DNA of 64,000 bases from Clostridia bacterium (GTDB taxonomy: Bacteria > Bacillota > Clostridia > RUG12999). Below the pieces are notes generated by a model. That model saw only the letters and a program-made list of their open reading frames with translations. It had not been told where the DNA came from and did not search any database. The stretch is taken from positions 25,049 through 89,048 of the forward strand of contig JAFTSG010000010.1 in assembly GCA_017467445.1 (NCBI GenBank), in the 5' to 3' direction. Positions 1-9,595 of the stretch are shown in pieces. Position 1 is the stretch's first letter. Every line of letters begins with the position of its first letter. The translations under genes and the position numbers were made by a program.

Positions 1-256
1 TTCAAAACCTGCCGTATGGGCAAGCTTCATTTTCGGCTCCGGCATAATGATTTTGAATATGTTTTTCAGAAGTTCGTTCCCAGTTGTTTTACAGTCGCCC
101 ATCAACTGCGGAGCATTTGCGATGATAGCAGGTCTTGTAATAGTACCTGTTGTAAGCCTTATAACCAAAAAACCTGACAAACAGCTTGTTGATAATATGT
201 TCTCTTGCTATGAAAGCAAGGTTACGGTTTCTGCAAAAAAAGCACTTGGTGAATAA
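1..256 (+). CDS. C-terminal fragment of a membrane transporter (possibly sodium:solute symporter-like); the 5' end lies outside the window
   Basis: The reading frame is open from the window start (SKPAVWASFIFGSGIMILNM...) to the stop at 256. The hydrophobic helices followed by a charged tail look like a transporter C-terminus. The track ORF 47..256 is its 3' part. Confidence 0.35.
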   Translation, partial: SKPAVWASFIFGSGIMILNMFFRSSFPVVLQSPINCGAFAMIAGLVIVPVVSLITKKPDKQLVDNMFSCYESKVTVSAKKALGE

Positions 257-282
257 AAATTTCTCCTGAAAGGAAGAACAAA

Positions 283-1917
283 ATGCCTATTACAGATTTT
301 CTTGAAAAAAATGCAAGGCTTCATCCGAATGAGGTAAGCCTTGTTGAAGTAAATCCGGAAAACCAGCCGGACAAAAATGTTTCGTGGCACGAATACAGCC
401 TTATCGAAGCATCAGGCACAGGTAAATACAGACGTGAACTTACCTGGCGCGAATTTGATGTTGCAGCAAACAGATTTGCAAATCTTCTGCTTACACGCGG
501 CGTCAAAAAAGGGGATAAGGTTGCAATTCTTATGATGAACTGCATTGACTGGCTTCCCATTTATTTCGGTATAATGAAATCGGGCGCAATTGCCGTTCCT
601 ATGAACTTCCGTTTCTCAGCTGACGAAATTGAATACTGTTCAGACCTTGCGGATATTTCGGTTATGGTTTTTGGTCCGGAATTTATACAGCGTATTGAAT
701 CCGTTTTGCCAAAACTTCGTATAAAACACTATTTCTTTGTAGGAGATAACACTCCTGCATTTGCGGATAATTACGGTGAAATGATTACATATTGCTCATC
801 AGCGGCTCCTGCCGTTGAAATTTCCGATGAGGATGATGGTGCGATATACTTTTCTTCGGGAACAACAGGCTTCCCGAAAGCAATTCTGCATAGGCATAAA
901 GCACTGGTGGCATCATGCCAGGTGGAACAAAATCACCATTCACAAGGAAGAGATGATGTGTTCCTTTGCATTCCGCCACTTTATCATACCGGCGCAAAAA
1001 TGCATTGGTTCGGCTCACTTCTTGCAGGTTCAAAAGCGGTAATCCTCCGTGGCATAAAACCGGAATGGATTCTGCAGACAGTATCCGACGAAAAAGCAAC
1101 CATCGTGTGGCTTTTAGTGCCGTGGGCGCAGGATATTCTTGATGCAATCGAACGTGGGGATATAAACCTTTCGGACTACAGACTGGCGCAGTGGAGACTT
1201 ATGCATATCGGTGCACAGCCGGTACCGCCGTCACTTATCAAACGCTGGAAAGAGGTTTTCCCGAACCACGATTATGATACAAACTACGGACTCAGCGAAT
1301 CCATAGGACCGGGCGCAGTACATCTTGGTGTTGAAAATATACATAAAGTCGGTGCAATCGGTATTCCGGGATATAACTGGCAGGTAAAAATTGTTGACGA
1401 AACAGGAAACGATGTACCGCAGGGCGAAGTCGGTGAACTTTGCCTTAAAGGTGATGGCGTTATGAAATGCTATTATAAAAATCCTGAAGCAACACGTGAC
1501 GTGCTTACTCCCGACGGATGGCTCTATACGGGTGATATGGCAAAGCAGGACGAAGACGGATTTATTTATCTTGTTGACCGTAAGAAAGATGTAATCATCG
1601 TTGGCGGTGAAAACATCTATCCCGTGCAGATAGAAGATTTCCTTCGTTCAAACGAAAAAATAAACGATGTAGGTGTTATCGGTCTTCCGGACGAGAGACT
1701 TGGCGAAATCACAGCAGCAATCATTCAGCTTAAAGAAGGAATGACCGCTACGGAAGAAGAAATGCACGAATTCTGCAAAGCACTTCCAAGATATAAACGC
1801 CCGAAAAAGATTATTTTTGCGGATATTCCAAGAAACGCAACAGGAAAAATCCAGAAAAATGCCCTGCGTGAACGCTACGGCGCCGCACGCCTTGTAGAGG
1901 CAGAAACAACTAAATGA
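283..1917 (+). CDS. AMP-dependent acyl-CoA synthetase/ligase (long/medium-chain fatty-acid--CoA ligase family)
   Basis: AMP-binding signature YFSSGTTGFPKAILHRH, a downstream YRTGD-like motif (YTGDMAKQDEDGFIYLVDRKKD) and a C-terminal PRNATGKIQK. There is an RBS (gaaaggaag) before the ATG. Confidence 0.85.
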   Translation: MPITDFLEKNARLHPNEVSLVEVNPENQPDKNVSWHEYSLIEASGTGKYRRELTWREFDVAANRFANLLLTRGVKKGDKVAILMMNCIDWLPIYFGIMKSGAIAVPMNFRFSADEIEYCSDLADISVMVFGPEFIQRIESVLPKLRIKHYFFVGDNTPAFADNYGEMITYCSSAAPAVEISDEDDGAIYFSSGTTGFPKAILHRHKALVASCQVEQNHHSQGRDDVFLCIPPLYHTGAKMHWFGSLLAGSKAVILRGIKPEWILQTVSDEKATIVWLLVPWAQDILDAIERGDINLSDYRLAQWRLMHIGAQPVPPSLIKRWKEVFPNHDYDTNYGLSESIGPGAVHLGVENIHKVGAIGIPGYNWQVKIVDETGNDVPQGEVGELCLKGDGVMKCYYKNPEATRDVLTPDGWLYTGDMAKQDEDGFIYLVDRKKDVIIVGGENIYPVQIEDFLRSNEKINDVGVIGLPDERLGEITAAIIQLKEGMTATEEEMHEFCKALPRYKRPKKIIFADIPRNATGKIQKNALRERYGAARLVEAETTK

Positions 1918-1921
1918 AACC

Positions 1922-1953
1922 AGTCGGCACGTAGTCTTGCGTGCCGATTTTTG
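1922..1953 (+). terminator. Rho-independent terminator after the acyl-CoA ligase
   Basis: Stem TCGGCACG / CGTGCCGA (1924-1931 and 1940-1947) followed by TTTTT. Confidence 0.6.
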
Positions 1954-2054
1954 TATTGAAATCACAAAAAATGTATGATATAATTGATGCATACACAATT
2001 AAAATAGTTTAGCAAGCATATAACTATTTGATAATATTTATCAAGGTGATGTGA

Positions 2055-2420
2055 ATGAATAAAAAAATATGTATTATTATCATTGCTACAATCTTATTTT
2101 TGGCTATTTGTGGCATTTTGTATCATTATTTGGTTATCCCGCAGAATCAGCATATATCACCTGAAGATGCCGAAAAGTTATGTTACTCTGTTTTAGGAGA
2201 TAAAGACGAGAACACGGGCTTTCCGTTTTCCTTCGGTGTCACAGAAACCATTGAAAAAGACGGAAAAGAATATTATGTCATACGCGCTTCATGGCTTGTT
2301 AACAACAACCATATGTCATACATCGGTGATTTTTTTGTTTCTGTGGACGGCAAAGAAATGTATACTGGGTTGGCTTGGAAAGATGAATATACAATAGAAA
2401 CTCTCATATGGAGCAAATGA
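2055..2420 (+). CDS. hypothetical small protein with N-terminal signal anchor
   Basis: The N-terminus MNKKICIIIIATILFLAICGILYHY is a TM or signal segment. There is a GTG/ATG context with the RBS aaggtgatgtg. No recognisable domain. Confidence 0.45.
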   Translation: MNKKICIIIIATILFLAICGILYHYLVIPQNQHISPEDAEKLCYSVLGDKDENTGFPFSFGVTETIEKDGKEYYVIRASWLVNNNHMSYIGDFFVSVDGKEMYTGLAWKDEYTIETLIWSK

Positions 2421-2480
2421 CTTTTGCTAAATTTGTTCAGTAATTATAATTCAGTAGGATAATACCGAAAGGAAGATGAT

Positions 2481-3041
2481 ATGAAGCACGCGCATATAAT
2501 TCATAAAGAGCACAAATTTTCGTGGGTGCAGGCATGCTGGCTTGTGGCGGCGGTTATTCTTTTTGCCGCGGCAGTATTTGCATTTGAAACGCACGATAAT
2601 CTTACACTTGCCGCCCGAACACTCGGCACGGCAATGTTTATTGCAGGTAGCATAAACCTTTTTGTATGTATTAAAAAAAGCCATGAAATTCACGGTTCGC
2701 GCTGGCTTATTGCAGACGGAATATGCACAATTCTTCTTGCAATTTTCCCTCTTTTTAATCAGCTTTCCTCACCGGTACTCATTCCATTTTTCTTTGGAAT
2801 GTGGGAACTATTTTCGGGCATAATCAAGGTTATGGACGGCGTTGAACTCAAAGAAGAGCATTACCATCCGTGGAAGGCCATTTCCGTTATCGGTTGGGCA
2901 GAGCTTATTTCGGGAACGGCATCGCTTATCAAACCGCTTGATGACCTTGTTGGCATAAATAAGGTAATTGCCGTTATTTTCCTTGTTCAGTGCACGGGAT
3001 TTGCGCTTAAAGCATTTATGTATAAATACCTGACAGAATAG
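2481..3041 (+). CDS. HdeD-family (DUF308) multi-pass membrane protein
   Basis: Repeated short TM hairpins with small-residue motifs, typical of acid-resistance HdeD-like proteins. RBS gaaaggaag. Confidence 0.55.
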   Translation: MKHAHIIHKEHKFSWVQACWLVAAVILFAAAVFAFETHDNLTLAARTLGTAMFIAGSINLFVCIKKSHEIHGSRWLIADGICTILLAIFPLFNQLSSPVLIPFFFGMWELFSGIIKVMDGVELKEEHYHPWKAISVIGWAELISGTASLIKPLDDLVGINKVIAVIFLVQCTGFALKAFMYKYLTE

Positions 3042-3066
3042 GGTTTATATACACTTTAAAAAAATC

Positions 3067-3096
3067 TTGACAAAATTTGATTATAAGTATATATTA
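3067..3096 (+). promoter_or_regulatory. sigma-A-type promoter for ilvBN
   Basis: TTGACA at 3067-3072, a ~17-bp spacer, then an AT-rich -10 (TATATT/TATTAT region). Confidence 0.4.
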
Positions 3097-3107
3097 TATA
3101 TGAATGG

Positions 3108-3148
3108 GATGCCCATCTCAAATACGGTTTGAGGCGGGCATTTTATTT
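3108..3148 (+). promoter_or_regulatory. terminator-like hairpin in the ilvB 5' leader (possible attenuator)
   Basis: ATGCCCATCTCAAA-TACGG-TTTGAGGCGGGCAT followed by TTTTATTT. It lies between the promoter and the ilvB RBS. The leader is too short for a T-box. Confidence 0.35.
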
Positions 3149-3165
3149 AGATTGAACGGAGGAAT

Positions 3166-4848
3166 TTGCTTATGCTGTTATCAGGCGCTGATATTGTAAT
3201 AAAAACTCTGCTTGAACAAGGATGCAACGTAGTGTTTGGCTACCCCGGCGGGCAGATTCTTAGTGTATATGATTCGCTTTATAAATATAAAGACGAAATA
3301 TGTCATGTGCTTTCAGCACATGAACAGGGAGCTGCACACGCCGCCGATGGGTATGCAAGGGCAACCGGTAAGGTTGGTGTTGTACTTGCAACATCGGGTC
3401 CCGGTGCAACAAATCTTGTAACGGGAATTGCAACTGCGCATCTTGATTCTGTTCCAATGGTTGCAATAACGGGCAACGTAGCAACCTCGCAGATAGGGTA
3501 TGACAGTTTTCAGGAAATTGATATAACAGGTATAACACTTCCCATAACAAAACATAACTATTTTGTCGGCGATGTTACCGAGCTTGCGGATACAATCCGT
3601 GAAGCATTTTCGCTTGCAATGTCGGGCCGTCCGGGTCCTGTTCTGGTGGATATTCCAAAAGATGTACAGATGGCAATGTGTGAATATACACCCGCACCGG
3701 CGGTAGTTATGAATGAAAAGCTTCCTGCAAAAGATAAAAGGCTTGCGGTAGCGGCAAAATGTATAAACGAATCCGAAAAACCGTATATCTATTTCGGCGG
3801 CGGGCTTGTTTCAAGTGGAGCGGGAGAAGAACTTATTCAGCTTGCAGATAAAATAGACGCACCGATAGGCTGTTCAATGATGGGACTTTCCGCAATCCCG
3901 ACAGACCATCCGCGTTTTCTCGGTATGCAGGGAATGCATGGGAAATTCGCTTCATCGGCAGCAATGAACAGCGCAGACTGCATAATTTCGCTTGGCACAA
4001 GGTTTAATGACCGTGTTATAGGTGAAAGAGAAAACTTTAACCTCAAAGCAAAAATAGTACATATTGATATAGATGCTTCGGAGCTGTCAAAAACAATAAC
4101 CGCGCATCATAACCTTCGTGGGGATATAAAGAAAACGCTTGAAAAGCTTATTCCACTGCTCGATGAAAAAACTCATCCAAAATGGCAGAAAGAAATAGAT
4201 GCCCTTCGCAAAAAAGGTTTGGAATATGAAGATAAGCGTGAGGGTATGACCCCGAAAAACATTCTTGAATTGCTGAACAGCTATATAGAACCTGACATGC
4301 CTGTTGCAACAGATGTTGGACAGCATCAGATGTGGGCAGCGCAAACGCTTAAGTTTTCAAAAAGCCGTAAATTTATTTCAAGTGGCGGACTTGGTACAAT
4401 GGGCTTCGGGCTTGGTGCGGCAATCGGCGCACATGTAGGAACGGGCAAAAAAACCGTTCTTATAACAGGTGATGGCAGTTTCGGAATGAACCTTAACGAG
4501 CTTGTAGTTGCGGTCGAAAATAACGTTCCGCTTGTTATTCTTATAATGAACAACGGTGTTCTTGGTATGGTACGCCAGATGCAGACAATGTATTTTGAAA
4601 AGCATTATTCAGGGACCGTACTTGGTCGTCCGACAGATTTTGTAAAAGTGGCAGAGGGTTTTGGTGCAAAAGGGGAAAGGGTGTCAACACTTGATGAACT
4701 TAAAACAGCCTTTGACAATGCCTTTTCGTGTGACGGTACATATGTTATAGACTGCGCTGTGGATAAAGATGAATTTGTACTTCCCGTAATGTCAGCGGGC
4801 GGATGCACAGAAGAAATAATCGTTGAAAGTGGGGAATTCCTTAAATGA
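3166..4848 (+). CDS. ilvB: acetolactate synthase large (catalytic) subunit
   Basis: N-terminal GYPGGQILSVYD, a TPP-binding region (GDGSFGMNLNEL...) and the full ~560-aa architecture. Confidence 0.9.
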   Translation: MLMLLSGADIVIKTLLEQGCNVVFGYPGGQILSVYDSLYKYKDEICHVLSAHEQGAAHAADGYARATGKVGVVLATSGPGATNLVTGIATAHLDSVPMVAITGNVATSQIGYDSFQEIDITGITLPITKHNYFVGDVTELADTIREAFSLAMSGRPGPVLVDIPKDVQMAMCEYTPAPAVVMNEKLPAKDKRLAVAAKCINESEKPYIYFGGGLVSSGAGEELIQLADKIDAPIGCSMMGLSAIPTDHPRFLGMQGMHGKFASSAAMNSADCIISLGTRFNDRVIGERENFNLKAKIVHIDIDASELSKTITAHHNLRGDIKKTLEKLIPLLDEKTHPKWQKEIDALRKKGLEYEDKREGMTPKNILELLNSYIEPDMPVATDVGQHQMWAAQTLKFSKSRKFISSGGLGTMGFGLGAAIGAHVGTGKKTVLITGDGSFGMNLNELVVAVENNVPLVILIMNNGVLGMVRQMQTMYFEKHYSGTVLGRPTDFVKVAEGFGAKGERVSTLDELKTAFDNAFSCDGTYVIDCAVDKDEFVLPVMSAGGCTEEIIVESGEFLK

Positions 4849-5351
4849 ACAGATATACAATGGCGGTACTTGTAAGCAATAAATTCGGTGTACTTAACCG
4901 TGTAACAAGTATGTTCAGACGTCGCAGATTTAACATTAATGCACTTACTGTAAGTGAAACCGAATCTGCGCAGTATTCGCGTATAACGGTTATTTTTGAA
5001 GGCGATGATATTGAAAAACAACAGCTTGTAAATCAGCTTCAGAAATTGCCGGATGTTTCTGCCATAAGAGACCTTGAACCCGAAACATCCGTAAGCTGCG
5101 AGCTTATGCTTATCAAAATGGAAAATAAGGCAGATACAAGAGATGAAATAATGATGGCGGCAAAAGCATTCGGCGCGCAAACAGTGGATTACACCCGTGA
5201 ATCAATGGTATTTCAGCTTACTGCAGACAGTACCAAGATTGACGAATTTATAAATCTTATGCGTGATTACGAAATTCTTGAAATTTGCCGTACAGGCAGT
5301 ATTTCGCTTGAAAAAGGCGCAACAACAATAAGGAAAGTAACAAACTTATAA
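4845..5351 (+). CDS. ilvN: acetolactate synthase small (regulatory) subunit
   Basis: ACT-domain start MAVLVSNKFGVLNRVTSMFRRRRFNINALTV. Its start overlaps the ilvB stop (ATGA coupling). Confidence 0.9.
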   Translation: MNRYTMAVLVSNKFGVLNRVTSMFRRRRFNINALTVSETESAQYSRITVIFEGDDIEKQQLVNQLQKLPDVSAIRDLEPETSVSCELMLIKMENKADTRDEIMMAAKAFGAQTVDYTRESMVFQLTADSTKIDEFINLMRDYEILEICRTGSISLEKGATTIRKVTNL

Positions 5352-5381
5352 AAACAATAATCAAATATATATAAAAAAAAC

Positions 5382-5410
5382 TTGACAAATACGGAAAAAG
5401 TATGTATAAT
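5382..5410 (+). promoter_or_regulatory. consensus sigma-A promoter with extended -10 upstream of yceD-rpmF
   Basis: TTGACA at 5382-5387, a 17-bp spacer, then TG-n-TATAAT at 5403-5410. Confidence 0.55.
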
Positions 5411-5448
5411 ATACTTTGTATGTAAACGGTTAAAGTTCGGAGGAAAGT

Positions 5449-5952
5449 ATGGAACTTGATTTAATCGGTATTTTAAATAACAACGGTGCCTCGCTTAAAG
5501 TGGACGGAACCGTAAGTTTTGAAAATATGGAATTTTCCGGCACGGAATATAAGTTTTCCGCTCCGCTTTCCATACAAGGAAAAATTGCAAATGTAAGCGG
5601 CGTGCTTGAATTTTCGGCTCACGTTACAGGCTCTGCTGATACATTTTGTGATAGATGTACAAAACCCATCGGCATTGAAATTGATTACGAGTTTAATGAA
5701 ACATTGGTTCAGGCGGATACAGAAGTAGAAGATGCTGACGATGTGCTGGTGCTTGACGAATCGGTTATCAATGTGGATGATATTGCACTTAATAATTTCC
5801 TTACAAACTGCTCACTTCAGCATTTGTGCAAGCCTGATTGTAAAGGTCTGTGCCAGGTGTGCGGTGCGGATAAAAATACTGAAAAATGTTCCTGCGAAGA
5901 AAATGTTACGGACCCCCGTTTGGACGTATTGAACCATTTGTTTAAAGACTGA
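5449..5952 (+). CDS. yceD: YceD/DUF177 family protein (large-subunit ribosome biogenesis-associated)
   Basis: C-terminal Cys cluster CKPDCKGLCQVCGADKNTEKCSC, and the conserved position immediately upstream of rpmF. Confidence 0.8.
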   Translation: MELDLIGILNNNGASLKVDGTVSFENMEFSGTEYKFSAPLSIQGKIANVSGVLEFSAHVTGSADTFCDRCTKPIGIEIDYEFNETLVQADTEVEDADDVLVLDESVINVDDIALNNFLTNCSLQHLCKPDCKGLCQVCGADKNTEKCSCEENVTDPRLDVLNHLFKD

Positions 5953-6019
5953 TTAAACATCAGATTTAATATACACTTTAAGTACATTAATTGCTGCTTA
6001 TCTAAGGAGGTGTTCGGGT

Positions 6020-6205
6020 ATGGCAGTACCAAAGAGAAAAACATCAAAAGCAAGACGTGATAAAAGAAGAGCTAATTGGAAACTTGCTATTCCGGGTATG
6101 GTAGTGTGCCCGCAGTGTCGTGAGTACAAAATGCCGCATAGGATTTGCAGCGCATGCGGATATTACAACGGTAAAGAAGTAATTGCAAACACACAGGAAG
6201 CATAA
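6020..6205 (+). CDS. rpmF: 50S ribosomal protein L32
   Basis: [18 protein letters not shown]... with the zinc-ribbon CPQC...CSAC. RBS aaggaggtg. Confidence 0.92.
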   Translation: MAVPKRKTSKARRDKRRANWKLAIPGMVVCPQCREYKMPHRICSACGYYNGKEVIANTQEA

Positions 6206-6226
6206 TAAAATTATCATGGTCCATGC

Positions 6227-6260
6227 AAAAAGGGGGTAGCACTACTCCCTTTATTTTTTT
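6227..6260 (+). terminator. Rho-independent terminator after rpmF
   Basis: AAAGGGGGTAG-CA-CTACTCCCTTT hairpin followed by a T9 run. Confidence 0.55.
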
Positions 6261-6280
6261 TCTTGGGGAAAGGTGATAAT

Positions 6281-7591
6281 ATGGATAAATATAACGAAAT
6301 TTCGTGCGTTGAAAAGAATAGTCCGGCTGATTCGGCAGGGATTATAGCGGGCGATATTATTACAAGTATAAACGGTAGTGACGTGTATGACGTATTGCAG
6401 TATAAATATCTTTGCGCCGATACAAAACTTGACATTGAAATTTCCCGCGGCGGCATAGCAAAAACATTTTATATAACTAAAGAAGAATATGAAGACCTTG
6501 GTCTTGAATTTACATATCCGCTTATGTCAAAGGCAAAAGGCTGTGCAAATAAATGCATTTTCTGTTTTATTGATCAGCTGCCGCCGAATATGCGTAAAAC
6601 GCTCTATTTCAAAGACGACGATTCAAGGCTTTCGTTTTTGCACGGAAACTATGTAACACTTACCAACCTTTCCAAACGTGAAATCAAAAACATAGGTGAA
6701 ATGAAAATAAGTCCCATAAACGTTTCGGTCCATACAACAGACCCTAACTTAAGGGAATTTATGATAAAAAACAAAAATGCCGGCAAAATGCTTGATATTA
6801 TGAAATATTGGGCAGAGTGCGGCATTGTAATGAACGCGCAGATAGTCCTTTGCAGGGGCATTAACGATGGTGCGGCACTTGATAAAACAATTTCGGATTT
6901 GGCAAATATGTATCCATCTGTAACGTCGGTTTCGGTTGTTCCTGTAGGAATAACAAAATACCGTGACGGACTTTATCCGCTAAAGCCTTATGATAAAGAG
7001 GCAGCGGTGCAGGTGGTAAGTCAGGTTGCCTCCTGGCAGGACAAACTTCTTTCCAAAATCGGAAGCCGCTTTATCTTTGCTGCGGACGAGTTTTATCTTA
7101 AAGCTGAAGAAGAAATTCCGCCGTTTGAAGCATATGAAGACTTTCCGCAGATTGAAAACGGCGTAGGTCTTATTGCGTCAATGCAGGACGAATTTGACTT
7201 TGCAATTGAAGATGTAAAACCGCTTAAAAAAGAAAAAACCGTAAGCATTGCAACGGGAATGGCGGCGCTTTCGTTTGTGCAGTCGCTGGCAAAGCGTCTT
7301 GAAGAAAAAACCGGTAACCTTAAAATAAACGTGTATGGAATAGAGAATACAGTTTTTGGCGAAAATATAACTGTTGCAGGACTTCTTTGTGGATGCGACA
7401 TTATAAACCAGCTTAAAGATAAGGAACTTGGACAGGCACTTTACATAACAACGTCAATGCTTCGTGCAGGGGAAAATGTCCTGCTTGATGATGTAACCAC
7501 AGACGACATTGAGAAGAAGCTTGGCACAAAAGTAATTGTAACTGATAACGACGGGTTTGATTTTGTCGATAAGTTGACAAAAATGCCATAA
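6281..7591 (+). CDS. DUF512-domain protein (PDZ plus Fe-S/radical-SAM-like domain), the conserved partner upstream of der in Clostridia
   Basis: N-terminal PDZ (SPADSAGIIAGDIITSINGSDV) and a Cys motif (CANKCIFCFIDQ). The ATG at 6281 with RBS aaaggtga is preferred over the track's TTG at 6263. Confidence 0.75.
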   Translation: MDKYNEISCVEKNSPADSAGIIAGDIITSINGSDVYDVLQYKYLCADTKLDIEISRGGIAKTFYITKEEYEDLGLEFTYPLMSKAKGCANKCIFCFIDQLPPNMRKTLYFKDDDSRLSFLHGNYVTLTNLSKREIKNIGEMKISPINVSVHTTDPNLREFMIKNKNAGKMLDIMKYWAECGIVMNAQIVLCRGINDGAALDKTISDLANMYPSVTSVSVVPVGITKYRDGLYPLKPYDKEAAVQVVSQVASWQDKLLSKIGSRFIFAADEFYLKAEEEIPPFEAYEDFPQIENGVGLIASMQDEFDFAIEDVKPLKKEKTVSIATGMAALSFVQSLAKRLEEKTGNLKINVYGIENTVFGENITVAGLLCGCDIINQLKDKELGQALYITTSMLRAGENVLLDDVTTDDIEKKLGTKVIVTDNDGFDFVDKLTKMP

Positions 7592-7632
7592 TAGTATATA
7601 ATTGTAAGGATAAAATAGTGGGGTAAAAAAGT

Positions 7633-8955
7633 ATGAAACCTATTGTAGCTATAGTTGGAAGACCTAATGTTGGAAAATCATCCTTGTTTAACAGACTTGT
7701 GGGCAAAAGAGTGTCTATCGTAGAAGATACTCCGGGCGTAACAAGGGACAGAATTTATGCCGAAACAGAATGGCGGAACATTCCGTTTCTTCTTGTTGAT
7801 ACCGGCGGTATCGAACCGGATAATGACGATATAATTTTGTCGCAGATGCGCCTGCAGGCACAAACAGCAATAGACACGGCTGATGTAATAATATTTGTTG
7901 TGGATGTAAAAACAGGACTTACCGCAACCGACCAGAGTGTTGCATCAATGCTTTTAAAGTCAGGTAAACCTGTTGTTCTTACAGTAAACAAAACGGATAA
8001 AGTCGGCGATCCGCCAATGGAATTTTATGAATTCTATAACCTTGGCATGGGCGATCCGGTTGCTGTGTCGAGTCTGCAAAGTCTCGGACTCGGTGATTTG
8101 CTTGACCGTGTATACGAGCATTTCCCGAATCCCGATGAAATAGAAGAAGAGGATGACGTAATCAAGGTTGCCATAATCGGCAGACCGAACGCGGGAAAAT
8201 CCTCGCTTATCAACTGTATCATCGGCGAAGAGCGTTCTATCGTAAGCGATATTCCCGGCACAACAAGAGATGCGGTTGACGCACCTTTTGAAAAAGACGG
8301 ACAAAAATATCTGTTTATCGATACTGCGGGTCTTCGTAAAAAATCCAGAATTGATGACGAAATTGAAAAATACAGTGTAATAAGAGCACTTGCGGCAGTA
8401 GAACGTGCGGATGTGTGCCTTCTTATGGTAGACGGTAATGGCGGTATCGCCGAACAGGACGCCAAAATTGCAGGCTATGCCCACGAAGAAGGCAAGGCTA
8501 CTATTGTGCTTGTGAATAAATGGGATCTCATTGAAAAACAGACCAATACAATGAGAGATTATAAAACAAAAGTTATGGAACAGCTTTCGTTTATGCAGTA
8601 TGCTCCCATTGAATTTATTTCAGCAAAAACGGGCGCAAGAGTAAACAAAGTTTTTGACCTTATTAAATCCGTAGCGGCAATGAACGCAATAAGAATAAAA
8701 ACAGGTGCGCTTAATGATATTATAAACGAAGCAACACTTAAAGTTCAGCCGCCGTCGGATAAAGGCAGAAGACTCAAAATATATTATGCAACTCAACCAT
8801 CAACAAAACCGCCAACGTTTGTTTTGTTTGTCAATAATAAAGAGCTTGCACATTTCTCATACATCAGATACCTTGAAAATCAGATAAGAGATGCCTTTTC
8901 AATCGAGGGCACACCAATCAGATTTATCATAAGAGAAAAAGGCGAGAAAAAGTAA
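7633..8955 (+). CDS. der: ribosome-associated GTPase Der/EngA (tandem GTPase domains plus KH-like domain)
   Basis: Two G1 motifs, GRPNVGKSS and GRPNAGKSS, plus the C-terminal KH-like domain. Confidence 0.93.
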   Translation: MKPIVAIVGRPNVGKSSLFNRLVGKRVSIVEDTPGVTRDRIYAETEWRNIPFLLVDTGGIEPDNDDIILSQMRLQAQTAIDTADVIIFVVDVKTGLTATDQSVASMLLKSGKPVVLTVNKTDKVGDPPMEFYEFYNLGMGDPVAVSSLQSLGLGDLLDRVYEHFPNPDEIEEEDDVIKVAIIGRPNAGKSSLINCIIGEERSIVSDIPGTTRDAVDAPFEKDGQKYLFIDTAGLRKKSRIDDEIEKYSVIRALAAVERADVCLLMVDGNGGIAEQDAKIAGYAHEEGKATIVLVNKWDLIEKQTNTMRDYKTKVMEQLSFMQYAPIEFISAKTGARVNKVFDLIKSVAAMNAIRIKTGALNDIINEATLKVQPPSDKGRRLKIYYATQPSTKPPTFVLFVNNKELAHFSYIRYLENQIRDAFSIEGTPIRFIIREKGEKK

Positions 8956-8968
8956 AGGGGTAATATAA

Positions 8969-9592
8969 ATGAACTATTTGTTAATAGCAATATTTGCTGT
9001 TATTGCATATCTTCTTGGCAGTATCAACAGTTCAATCCTTATAGGAAGACTTTTCGGTGTTAAAGACATAAGAAAACACGGCAGCGGAAACGCCGGCGCA
9101 ACAAACACACTCCGTACAATCGGTAAAAAAGCGGCAATTCTTGCACTTGTAGGGGACGCGCTCAAAGGTGTTATTGCTGTCCTTATCACACGTTTTGTTC
9201 TTGGTATATTTATAAAAGGCGACCTTCTTCGTATAGCGGAATATATAGTTTCCGTTGCGGCAGTTCTCGGTCATAATTTCCCGATATTCTTCCAGTTCAA
9301 AGGCGGCAAGGGTATTGTAACAACTGCGGCAGTAGGTGCAATGGCAGACCCGCTTATGGCACTTGTTGTAATTGCAATTGGCGTTGGTACAATTATAATC
9401 AGTAAATACGTGTCCCTCGGCAGCGTATGTGCAATGATTTCATATCCGATTCTCGTAATCATTACGGGCGGAGATGTTCCTTATATAATATTCTCTACCG
9501 TGCTTATGCTCCTTGCGGTTATCAAACACAGAGCAAACATAAAAAGACTTATAAAACACGAAGAAAGTAAAATAACTTCAAAAAAGGCGTAA
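8969..9592 (+). CDS. plsY: glycerol-3-phosphate acyltransferase PlsY
   Basis: GSGNAGATN and HNFPIFFQFKGGKG motifs; ~200-aa membrane protein. Confidence 0.9.
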   Translation: MNYLLIAIFAVIAYLLGSINSSILIGRLFGVKDIRKHGSGNAGATNTLRTIGKKAAILALVGDALKGVIAVLITRFVLGIFIKGDLLRIAEYIVSVAAVLGHNFPIFFQFKGGKGIVTTAAVGAMADPLMALVVIAIGVGTIIISKYVSLGSVCAMISYPILVIITGGDVPYIIFSTVLMLLAVIKHRANIKRLIKHEESKITSKKA

Positions 9593-9595
9593 ACT

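Noticed and set aside
4605-5180. 191-aa minus-strand ORF spanning the ilvB/ilvN junction
   Set aside because: Antisense to two conserved genes.
7960-8484. 174-aa and 143-aa minus-strand ORFs inside der
   Set aside because: They are antisense to the highly conserved Der GTPase and have no RBS or domain.
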